Below, piece after piece: positions 37,716-46,090 of a stretch of DNA of 64,000 nucleotides; position 1 is the first letter of the stretch; each line of letters starts with the position of its first letter. The position numbers and the translations under genes were made by a program. Below the pieces are notes generated by a model, which was not told where the DNA came from, did not search any database, and worked only from the letters and a program-made list of their open reading frames with translations. The stretch comes from Patescibacteria group bacterium (GTDB taxonomy: Bacteria > Patescibacteriota > Patescibacteriia > 2-01-FULL-39-33). The stretch is taken from assembly GCA_041645075.1 (NCBI GenBank), contig JBAZQS010000002.1, positions 693 through 64,692 on the forward strand, in the 5' to 3' direction.

Positions 37716-38351
37716 ATGGGAAATTTTAATCGAGATAATAAAAAATCTAGTGGCGGTTTTAACCGTGGATTTGGCGGTGGTAAATCGTTTGGCAATGAAA
37801 AGAGATTCGGCGGAAGAGACGGCGGTAAGCCGGCGATGTATAAAGCGACTTGCAGTGAATGTGGCGCGAGTTGCGAACTGCCTTTTAAGCCGACCGGAGA
37901 CCGGCCCGTGTTTTGCCGTGATTGTTTTGGAAAACAGGGCGGCGGCGGCGGCCGGCCGAATAAATTCGGTGGTGAAAGACGCGAAAAACCTCGTTTTGAA
38001 GATAGACAAATGCATAATGCGGTTTGCGCTAAATGCGGCAAGGATTGCCAAGTGCCCTTTAGGCCGACGGCCGGCAAACCTATTTTTTGCAATGATTGTT
38101 TTGATAAGGGCGGAAGCGGCTCGCCTCGCGGCGAAGCGGGCAGCAAAGATTCCTCTGGCGGAATCATGGAACAGATCAAGATGTTAAATGCCAAAGTTGA
38201 TAAACTTATAAAAGTGTTAATTCCGAATGCTTCGGTAGAAAAAGTTGATAAATCGGAGTTTAGAAAAGAAGTAATGGTTAAAGAAGTCGTGAAAGGAAAA
38301 GCCAAAACAAAAATTGCGTCGAAAAAAATTTCAGCTAAAAAGAAAAAATAA
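37716..38351 (+). CDS. CxxC-x17-CxxC domain protein (two Zn ribbons)
   Basis: MYKATCSECG..PFKP..PVFCRDCF and MHNAVCAKCG..PFRP..PIFCNDCF. Confidence 0.9.
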   Translation: MGNFNRDNKKSSGGFNRGFGGGKSFGNEKRFGGRDGGKPAMYKATCSECGASCELPFKPTGDRPVFCRDCFGKQGGGGGRPNKFGGERREKPRFEDRQMHNAVCAKCGKDCQVPFRPTAGKPIFCNDCFDKGGSGSPRGEAGSKDSSGGIMEQIKMLNAKVDKLIKVLIPNASVEKVDKSEFRKEVMVKEVVKGKAKTKIASKKISAKKKK

Positions 38352-38353
38352 GA

Positions 38354-38971
38354 ATGGATAAAATACCGGAAAAAGAATTGAGGATTTTAAAAAAATTGAA
38401 GACGCCGGTTAAGATTCAGGATTTTTTGGATAAAATGAAAATTAATTTTGAAAAAGACGGTGATACTTTTTTCTCGCCCCTGTCGGTATTGGAGAAAAGG
38501 ACTTGTCATTGTTGCGAGGGCGCGATTTTAGCGGCTTTGGCTTTGCGCGTCAATGGTTGGCCGCCCTTGGTCTTAGACCTTACGGCCAGTAAAAATGATT
38601 TTGACCATGTGGTGGCGGTTTTTCAAATAAACGGCAAGTGGGGAGCGATTTCTAAAACCAATCACGCGTGCCTAAGATATCGGGAGCCGGTTTATGCCTC
38701 AATCAGGGAATTGGTAATGAGTTATTTTCATGAGTATTTTGACGACCGGGGCCGAAAAAATTTAAGAAGCTATTCGCGGCCAGTTAATCTTAAACGGTTT
38801 GATTCCCGCAACTGGATGACCACCAAAAAACACATTGATTACATTCCTGAATATTTAGTGGAGGTAAAACATTATCCCATTCTTAACCGAAAACAGATTA
38901 GGAATTTGAGAAAAGCCGACCCGATTGAAATCAAGGCCGGTAAAATTACGGAATGGAAGGGAAATTTTTAA
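38354..38971 (+). CDS. Transglutaminase-like conserved protein
   Basis: HCCEGAILAA, DHVVAVF..WGAISKTNH..LRYREPVY. Confidence 0.7.
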   Translation: MDKIPEKELRILKKLKTPVKIQDFLDKMKINFEKDGDTFFSPLSVLEKRTCHCCEGAILAALALRVNGWPPLVLDLTASKNDFDHVVAVFQINGKWGAISKTNHACLRYREPVYASIRELVMSYFHEYFDDRGRKNLRSYSRPVNLKRFDSRNWMTTKKHIDYIPEYLVEVKHYPILNRKQIRNLRKADPIEIKAGKITEWKGNF

Positions 38972-39032
38972 TTGGCCGATCTTATTGGCTGATCTTGATT
39001 TTTCCCAAAAATTTGTTTAGGATTAATTTGAT

Positions 39033-40118
39033 TTATGTCCTTTTTGATAGTTTTTTAACCCAATCTTTTACTCCTAAAATATCTTTTAAGCTGGGATTAA
39101 AAATTGGCTGGTGAGTTTTTAGAATTTTTTCAATAATTTTCGGAATATCTAAAAAGCTAATTTTATTTTCCAAAAACATTTCCACTGCCACTTCGTCAGC
39201 AAAATTCAGAGCCGCCGGCATTGTTCCCCCGATTTTCCCGGCCAAGTAAGCATAATTTAGACAGGGAAAGGTTTTGGTGTCCGGTTTTTGGAAAGATAAA
39301 TTTTTAATTTCGGCTAAATCTAAATTTTTCCAGGGATTTTGGAGGCGTTGTGGATAAAAAAGAGCATATTGGATAGGGAAGCGCATATCTGGCCGGGAAA
39401 GCAGGGCTTTTATGGTCCCGTCATTGAATTCTACCATTGAATGAATAATCCCTTCAGGATGAATCAAAACCTCGATTTTTTCAAGAGGCAGATCGAAGAA
39501 ATATTGAGCTTCGAGGACCTCAAAACCCTTGTTCATTAAGGTCGCCGAATCAACCGTAATTTTCGGCCCCATTTTCCAAACAGGGTGGGAAAAGACCTGT
39601 CCCTTTTTTATCGAATTTAAGTCCGCCTTTTTCCAATTCCTAAACGGTCCTCCGGAACAAGTTAGAATTATTCTTTTTAAGGTTTTTTTATCCTCTCCCC
39701 TGAGGCATTGGAGGATAGCCGAATGTTCTGAATCGAGGGGGAACAATTGAGCCCCGTATTTTTTTAAAGCCTTCTTTATTAGGGGACCGGCTGCCACTAA
39801 AATTTCCTTTGTTGCCAAAAAAATTATTTTTTTCTCTTTGATGGCCCTTAGGGTAGCTTCCAGGGCTACTGTTCCTGGAATGGCCACTACCACATTATTA
39901 ACCCAGGGGAAGCTCACCAATTTTTCAAGAGATTTTGGGCCATTTTCTTCGAGGACAACCATCCTTGGTTTAAATTCCTTTATTTGAGAAGTTAGTTCGG
40001 TTGTTTTATTTTTAGCAGCGATACCTACCACTTTGTAGGTTTGGGAATAAGCCCTGATTACCTCTAGAACCTGTCTGCCTATTGATCCGGTGGATCCTAA
40101 AATAATCAAATTTTTCAT
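39033..40118 (-). CDS. dxr: 1-deoxy-D-xylulose-5-phosphate reductoisomerase
   Basis: LGSTGSIG, PLDSEHSA, SGGPF, HPVWKMGPKITVDSATLMNKGFE, PDMRFPI. Confidence 0.96.
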   Translation of the reverse strand: MKNLIILGSTGSIGRQVLEVIRAYSQTYKVVGIAAKNKTTELTSQIKEFKPRMVVLEENGPKSLEKLVSFPWVNNVVVAIPGTVALEATLRAIKEKKIIFLATKEILVAAGPLIKKALKKYGAQLFPLDSEHSAILQCLRGEDKKTLKRIILTCSGGPFRNWKKADLNSIKKGQVFSHPVWKMGPKITVDSATLMNKGFEVLEAQYFFDLPLEKIEVLIHPEGIIHSMVEFNDGTIKALLSRPDMRFPIQYALFYPQRLQNPWKNLDLAEIKNLSFQKPDTKTFPCLNYAYLAGKIGGTMPAALNFADEVAVEMFLENKISFLDIPKIIEKILKTHQPIFNPSLKDILGVKDWVKKLSKRT

Positions 40119-40897
40119 TTTAAAATATTTAACCCCTTATTTTGAGGATGACAGATAAAAATGTCGCCATTAAAATTTTTAAAATTTTCGGCAATTTTTT
40201 TAGCTAATTTATAATTATTCGTTCCACAAAAAATGGTTGGACCCGAACCAGAAAGTTTGGGTTTTAGATTAAATTTTAAAAAACATTTTTCTGCCTTTTT
40301 GATTTCCGGACAAATTTCTCGATTTATTTCCAAAAAACTTTTCCCTGTTTTATCATAAAGATTATAAATCGCCTTGGTTTCGACTCTTTTATGGGGGCGG
40401 GAAAGCACAAAAAATTTCGGCACTCTTAGTTTAATCGACGTAACTAATTCCCCAATTCCTTCAATCCGGCAAGTCCCGCCGTAAAAGAAAAAGGGAACAT
40501 CCGAACCCACCCTTATCCCAATTTCCCCCAACTCCTTTAGTGATAATCTCAAATTATAAAGCTTATTCAAGGCGATTAAGGTGGCGGCAGCATCCGTGCT
40601 GCCGCCACCGAGACCAGCGGCAATGGGAATGACTTTTTGAAGGTGAATCCGGCAGGGCAGTTTTCGTTTAAGCTCTTTTTCCAAAATTCTTTTCGCTCTT
40701 AAAATAATGTTTTCCGATTCAGGACAGATAATACTGCCTGAAAAACAATCTTTTTTTGATTTCTCAAATAGTAAAAAATCAGCCAAATCAATTGATTGAA
40801 AAGTGCTTTCAATATTATGATAGCTGTCTGGTCTTTTGCCTAAAATTTTAAGATTAAGGTTTATTTTCGCATTCGCCTGAATTAAAATCGATTTCAT
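40115..40897 (-). CDS. ispE: 4-diphosphocytidyl-2-C-methyl-D-erythritol kinase
   Basis: AKINLNL..RPDSYH, KVIPIAAGLGGGSTDAA, GSDVPFF, LSGSGPT. Confidence 0.93.
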   Translation of the reverse strand: MKSILIQANAKINLNLKILGKRPDSYHNIESTFQSIDLADFLLFEKSKKDCFSGSIICPESENIILRAKRILEKELKRKLPCRIHLQKVIPIAAGLGGGSTDAAATLIALNKLYNLRLSLKELGEIGIRVGSDVPFFFYGGTCRIEGIGELVTSIKLRVPKFFVLSRPHKRVETKAIYNLYDKTGKSFLEINREICPEIKKAEKCFLKFNLKPKLSGSGPTIFCGTNNYKLAKKIAENFKNFNGDIFICHPQNKGLNILK

Positions 40898-41212
40898 TCT
40901 TTTATTGTATCAAATTTTACTGATTAGAGAAATAAACAATGTTTCGGCGGACTAGACTTTTTATTTTGGAAAATAAATTTTCGGCGGGCAGTTCGTCAGT
41001 TCAGATTTTGTTTTTTGGATTTATGGATTAAATTCGGCAAAGTAATCGTGAAAGTTTGTTGATATTCTTGTTGAGGAGCCAATCATAAAAGAAAGCGGTT
41101 CAAACCGCTTTTTTTATAGTTGGCAAAAAACCAGATTTATGTTAAGGTTGCGGCTAGAAACGGCTTTATAAGCTGATTGTACTTTTTTCAATCTAATAAG
41201 GAGAATAAGGTC

Positions 41213-42811
41213 ATGCTAGACACCTTTAAAAGAGCCACGGCAGAGGTTTTGGCCGCCATCCATCAGGAAATGAAGATTCGCCGGACAAATGAGGTTTTCC
41301 TTTTATTCACCATGGGAAGCCAGTTTGACCATTTGATTTTCCAGGCCCTAAGCAAGCTTGGAATTTATTGTCTTATTGCCGACCCGGCTTCGGTCACGGC
41401 CACTGATGTTTCCGCGCTCAAACCAGTGGGCATTATAATTTCAGGCGGACCCGCTTCGGTTCAGGCCGAGCCGCCGCCATTTGATGAAAAAATTTTTGAC
41501 CTCGGCATCCCGGTGCTTGGCATTTGCCTTGGGTTTCAGATGTGGGCAAAACATATTGGCGTTTGCGTGGCGTCGTCTCTTCATAAGGAATTTGGCACGC
41601 ATCAGGCAATAGTAATATCCGATAGCGGGCTTTTTAATGGTTGTGATTCAATAATTTCCGTGCTTCAGAGCCATGGCGATCAAGTAGAATTCAATGATCG
41701 CCTGAAAATTTTGGCTTTAACCTCCAAAATTCTGTCCGCGGCTTCATATCAGCATTTATATGGCGTGCAATTCCATCCCGAAGTCACGGAAACCATTTGC
41801 GGACCGCTTATTTTTCAAAATTTTTGTTTTAAAATTTGCGGCGCTAAGGATTGTTTTCCGGCGCATAACGTCGCTGAGCAAAAAATTATTCAGCTTCATG
41901 AAGAAGTCGGTGATAAAAGAGTTCTCCTCGCGCTCTCGGGCGGATCGGACTCATCAACCGTGGCTTATCTGCTGAAGGAGGCAATCAAAAATCAAGCTGG
42001 TCAAATCCGAGCGGTTTATATCAAGGGACTTGACCGTCCTGATGACGAATTATTCGTCCGAAAGCATTTTAGCCATCAATCATGGCTGGAGCTTGTCATT
42101 ATTGATGCCACTGTTCAATTTTTGGAAGCGCTTGCCGGAAAGAGCGGTATGCGAGATAAGCGTCTGGCCATGCGCTCGGTCTATAAGGATATTTTAGAAG
42201 TTCAAGCCAAAGAGTTTGGCGCTGATTTCATCGCTCAAGGCACCTTATACACCGACATTTCCGAAAGCGGCGGCGGTCTGGCCAGTGGCGCGCGAAAAGC
42301 GGTAATTAAAATTCACCATAATACCAACTTGGGATTTAGCCTTCCCGAGCTTACGCCCCTTGATGATTGCGTTAAAGACGGGGGACGCAATATTGGCCGA
42401 GACATTGGCGTGCCCGAAGAGCTTTTGGTCCGCCATCCATTTCCCGGTCCCGGCCTTGCGGTTCGGATTGAAGGAGAGGTTACGGCCGAAAAACTGGCTA
42501 TGGCCCGACAGCTCGACGGTATTTATATTGAGGAGCTTCGCCGAGCCGATCTTTATCGGCAAATATGGCAAGCGGGAGCCGTGGTTACTCTCTCAATCCA
42601 CACTTATACCAAAGGCGATGATGCCGGTAGCGGACCCGTTATTGCCCTGTGGGCGGTTTGGAGCGTGAATGGATTTACGGCCCGAGCCGCTTTCCTGCCC
42701 CCTGATTTTATTGAGCATTTAATTCGGCGAATCGGAAACGAGGTTTTAGGCATCGGCGCCATTGTTTATCGCTATTCCGACAAGCCACCCTCTACTATTG
42801 AGTGGGGATAG
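41213..42811 (+). CDS. guaA: GMP synthase (glutamine-hydrolysing)
   Basis: SGGPASV, GICLGFQ, GVQFHPEV, SGGSDSS, QGTLYTDISES, IKIHHN, RHPFPGPGLAVR, KPPSTIEW. Confidence 0.95.
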   Translation: MLDTFKRATAEVLAAIHQEMKIRRTNEVFLLFTMGSQFDHLIFQALSKLGIYCLIADPASVTATDVSALKPVGIIISGGPASVQAEPPPFDEKIFDLGIPVLGICLGFQMWAKHIGVCVASSLHKEFGTHQAIVISDSGLFNGCDSIISVLQSHGDQVEFNDRLKILALTSKILSAASYQHLYGVQFHPEVTETICGPLIFQNFCFKICGAKDCFPAHNVAEQKIIQLHEEVGDKRVLLALSGGSDSSTVAYLLKEAIKNQAGQIRAVYIKGLDRPDDELFVRKHFSHQSWLELVIIDATVQFLEALAGKSGMRDKRLAMRSVYKDILEVQAKEFGADFIAQGTLYTDISESGGGLASGARKAVIKIHHNTNLGFSLPELTPLDDCVKDGGRNIGRDIGVPEELLVRHPFPGPGLAVRIEGEVTAEKLAMARQLDGIYIEELRRADLYRQIWQAGAVVTLSIHTYTKGDDAGSGPVIALWAVWSVNGFTARAAFLPPDFIEHLIRRIGNEVLGIGAIVYRYSDKPPSTIEWG

Positions 42812-42813
42812 TA

Positions 42814-42845
42814 TGAGATGGTTACAAAACTATATTTCTCTAAAT
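42814..42845 (+). repeat. Isolated left end of the MITE at 62972
   Basis: 32-bp exact match TGAGATGGTTACAAAACTATATTTCTCTAAAT. Confidence 0.8.
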
Positions 42846-42983
42846 CCGATTATCTTATAAAAGAGATGGTCGGTTTTTTTTGATTTTTAAATAACAAATT
42901 TTATCCTCTCTTGATTAAATAATCAAATTGTGATATAGTTACCAGAGGTCATCGCGCCTATTCTAATTAATTAAAAAATTACA

Positions 42984-43139
42984 ATGGACGACCAACAGAA
43001 CCCGGCAGTGGATCCTCAAAAAGAGGCCACGGCTGTGGAAGAATCAACAGAAGAGCAGACAGAAGAAGAAACTTCAACACCGGAAGTCACAACCGAAGAA
43101 GAAGTTACACCTGAAAAAACCGAAGATACACAAGAGTAA
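42984..43139 (+). CDS. Small acidic Glu/Thr-rich protein (51 aa)
   Basis: MDDQQNPAVDPQKEATAVEESTEEQTEEETSTPEVTTEEEVTPEKTEDTQE; promoter 42911-42939 and terminator ~43145-43177. Confidence 0.7.
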   Translation: MDDQQNPAVDPQKEATAVEESTEEQTEEETSTPEVTTEEEVTPEKTEDTQE

Positions 43140-43251
43140 ATTTCAAATCCCACCCTTACCGGTGGGATTTGTTTTTTTATTTTAATTTTAGAAGCCAGAT
43201 TAAGAATTTAAATTTGACTATAAACCGCATTGGTAATAAAATTAATTAATT

Positions 43252-44250
43252 ATGAATATAGAAAAATTATTTACAATCTTAAAAGAACAACCCGTCTATC
43301 GCGTCAAGCAAGTCAAAACCGCGATTTTTAAAAATTTAATAGATGACTGGGCCGGGGCATTAAATTTGCCGCTTACTTTGCGCGAAGAATTAAATAAGGA
43401 CTGTCCACTACAAATTGACGGCCAAGTTTTTCAATCCACCGATAAATCATTTAAGTCGCTTATTACTTTGGCCGATGGTTTAAAAATTGAGTCGGTTTTG
43501 CTTGGCCATAAAGACGGCCATCACACCATTTGTGTTTCTTCGCAGATTGGCTGTCCGCTCAAGTGCGGATTTTGCGCGACCGGACAAATGGGTTTTAAAA
43601 GAAATCTAACCGTCTGGGAAATTGTGATGCAGGTTTTGTTTTTTTTGAGATATTTGAAAGCCAAAAAAATTGATTTGGAAAAATCAATTAATGTGGTTTT
43701 TATGGGCATGGGCGAGCCGTTTTTAAATTATGATAATGTGATGGCGGCGATAAAAATTTTAAACGATAAAGACGGGCTCAATATCGGCGCGCGGCATATT
43801 TCAATTTCCACCGTCGGCATTATTGAGGGGATAAATAAATTAGCCAAAGAAAATTTGCAAGTTAACCTGGCGATTTCTTTGCATGCGCCGGAAGATTCTC
43901 TTCGTTCAAAACTGGTGCCGGTCAATGAAAAATATTCTATTGGAAAAATACTATCTGCTGTTGATAGCTATATTGAAAAAACCTCTCGCCGGGTGATGTT
44001 TGAATATATTCTCGTTGATGGCGTCAACGACCGCGAAAAGGACGCGGAACAGTTAGCGGCCTTAATGGACCGTCCTTTATACTTTGTTAATTTAATCTCT
44101 TATAATCCCACGGGTAAATTCAAACCGTCGTCCGCGGAGAATATTAATCGCTTTCGCCAGACCTTACAGCGTTCGGGAATTTTTGTGACCCAGCGCTATC
44201 ATTTTGGCGGTAAAATCAAAGCCGCTTGCGGCCAACTGGCAGGTGATTGA
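43252..44250 (+). CDS. rlmN: 23S rRNA/tRNA m2A methyltransferase RlmN
   Basis: CVSSQIGCPLKCGFCATG radical SAM motif, MGMGEP, AACGQL. Confidence 0.95.
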   Translation: MNIEKLFTILKEQPVYRVKQVKTAIFKNLIDDWAGALNLPLTLREELNKDCPLQIDGQVFQSTDKSFKSLITLADGLKIESVLLGHKDGHHTICVSSQIGCPLKCGFCATGQMGFKRNLTVWEIVMQVLFFLRYLKAKKIDLEKSINVVFMGMGEPFLNYDNVMAAIKILNDKDGLNIGARHISISTVGIIEGINKLAKENLQVNLAISLHAPEDSLRSKLVPVNEKYSIGKILSAVDSYIEKTSRRVMFEYILVDGVNDREKDAEQLAALMDRPLYFVNLISYNPTGKFKPSSAENINRFRQTLQRSGIFVTQRYHFGGKIKAACGQLAGD

Positions 44251-44340
44251 CTTTTCTGAATTTTTTAGGTAAATTATAGGCACTATATTGGAGGGTATAC
44301 GCACCTTCTATTTTTATTTTAAAGCAAAGGAGAATGCTTA

Positions 44341-45072
44341 ATGTCGCATTCTACAGAATTGCCACCCGAGCGATTGCTTAAAGTATCAGCAAAAGAACTC
44401 GAGATGAAACGATTTGAGTCATCGGAAATTGAAGCAATTTTTAGGGCCTGCAATGCCTTTTGGTTGCATAATGGCAACCCAAAGAAACCGCACGTGGTTT
44501 TGACCTCGGGCCTTTGCAGTAATGGCTACATCAATTGCCGCGAAGTGCTTAAACGCAGTAATCTTTGCCAAATCATGGCCCAGCAACTTGTCTATTTACT
44601 TGAGCACTATCGGAGTTGGCTTGATAATTTTAATAACCCCATCGAATGGGTGGTTGGTTCGGCTTCGGCCTCAACCGGTCTTGCCAAAGACGTGGCCAAT
44701 ATCCTCGGCGCCAAATGGTACCCGCTTCAAAAGGGTCCGGACAAAACCCAGATTTGGGACGGGGTGATTATTGAAGAGGGAGAAACGGTTCTGCACGTTG
44801 AGGAATTAATGACCACGGCACTCACCGCCAAAATGGTGCGGCAAGGCATTAAAGCGGCGCATAAACACCCGATTAATTTCCTGCCGTTTTTGCCGGTCAT
44901 CATTCATCGCCCGGATCGTGGCGAAGGTGATGAGGTAGATGGCAGTAAAGTTATCCACCTTAATCATTATGACATTTGGGCTATGCCGCAAGAAAATTGT
45001 CCGCTTTGCGCTCAGGGTTCGGAGCGCATCGTGCCCAAGGGTGAAAATTGGAATCGGCTGATTAACGGCTGA
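44341..45072 (+). CDS. pyrE: Orotate phosphoribosyltransferase-like protein
   Basis: HVVLTSGLCSNGY, VLHVEELMTT PRPP loop, C-terminal CPLC; upstream of pyrF. Confidence 0.75.
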   Translation: MSHSTELPPERLLKVSAKELEMKRFESSEIEAIFRACNAFWLHNGNPKKPHVVLTSGLCSNGYINCREVLKRSNLCQIMAQQLVYLLEHYRSWLDNFNNPIEWVVGSASASTGLAKDVANILGAKWYPLQKGPDKTQIWDGVIIEEGETVLHVEELMTTALTAKMVRQGIKAAHKHPINFLPFLPVIIHRPDRGEGDEVDGSKVIHLNHYDIWAMPQENCPLCAQGSERIVPKGENWNRLING

Positions 45073-45107
45073 TTTAAAATCTCAAACGAAAAAGAGGACG
45101 CTTATCA

Positions 45108-45965
45108 ATGAATTTAGAACCCGATGCAAGCTTCAATGACATTCTGTTTGCGGTCCAGGCAAATCGCATGAGTCACTTATGTGTTGGTCTTGATCCCGAC
45201 CAAAAATTATGGCCGATTCATATTCCGTTTACGCCCAATGGCCTGCTTCGTTGGGCCAAGGCCATTGTGGATGCCACCGCAGAGTATGCCTGCATTTTCA
45301 AGCCCAATGCCGCCTTCTGGGAAGTCATGAGAGCGGAGCGGCAATTGGAAAAGTTGATCGCCTACATTCAGGAAAATTTGACCCAGGCAATTTTTGATGG
45401 CAAACGTGGCGACATCGGCGCAACCGCTGAAAAATATGCCCAAGCGGTTTTTGGCAATTATAATGCCGATGCGGCGACCGTTAATCCATATTTGGGCTTA
45501 GATACGCTTGACCCGTGGATTGAGGCGGGACAAGGCCGAGCGATTTTCGTGCTTTGCCATACCACCAATCCCGGCGCCAAGCAAACCCAGGAAAAAAAAC
45601 TTGCCTCTGGGGAGATGATCTTTGAGGATCTGGCGCATGAGCTTTCGTTAAAACACGTCAGCATTCAAGGAGACCGGGGCAAGAATTGTCAAATCGGCTT
45701 GGTCATGGCCGCGACCTTTCCCGATCAGATTAAGGCGCTTTATGGCAAAATCGCCATGAACATGCCTCTACTTCTGCCGGGCGTGGGCAAGCAAGAGGGG
45801 GATTTGAAGGCGACTGTGGCCAATGCCAAAATTTATCCTTTCTTTATTAATGTCTCCAGCAAAATCGGCCACGCGTCAACTGGTCGGAGTTTTGCCAGAG
45901 ACGCCGCCCTGGCCGCCAAGAAATACCGCGACGAAATCAATCAGGCCCTGGCCGAAGCCGGGTAA
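45108..45965 (+). CDS. pyrF: Orotidine-5'-phosphate decarboxylase
   Basis: LCVGLDP, FKPNAAF, DGKRGDIGAT, TVNPYLG, LLLPGVGKQEG. Confidence 0.93.
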   Translation: MNLEPDASFNDILFAVQANRMSHLCVGLDPDQKLWPIHIPFTPNGLLRWAKAIVDATAEYACIFKPNAAFWEVMRAERQLEKLIAYIQENLTQAIFDGKRGDIGATAEKYAQAVFGNYNADAATVNPYLGLDTLDPWIEAGQGRAIFVLCHTTNPGAKQTQEKKLASGEMIFEDLAHELSLKHVSIQGDRGKNCQIGLVMAATFPDQIKALYGKIAMNMPLLLPGVGKQEGDLKATVANAKIYPFFINVSSKIGHASTGRSFARDAALAAKKYRDEINQALAEAG

Positions 45966-46029
45966 AAAGTGACAACCACCTTTGCGGTTACTGCCAGCTT
46001 AGCCCAAAAGAAAAAATAGAACAATAATA

Positions 46030-46059
46030 AATCCGCATCCAAAAAAGATGCGGTTTTTT
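46030..46059 (+). terminator. Intrinsic terminator
   Basis: CCGCATC-loop-GATGCGG followed by T-run. Confidence 0.7.
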
Positions 46060-46090
46060 AATTTTTACAAATTATGATAAACTTTAATTT

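Noticed and set aside
37701-38305. Long antisense and alternative-frame ORFs over the CxxC-x17-CxxC gene
   Set aside because: Shadow ORFs of a recognisable gene; the same applies to most short antisense ORFs in the track
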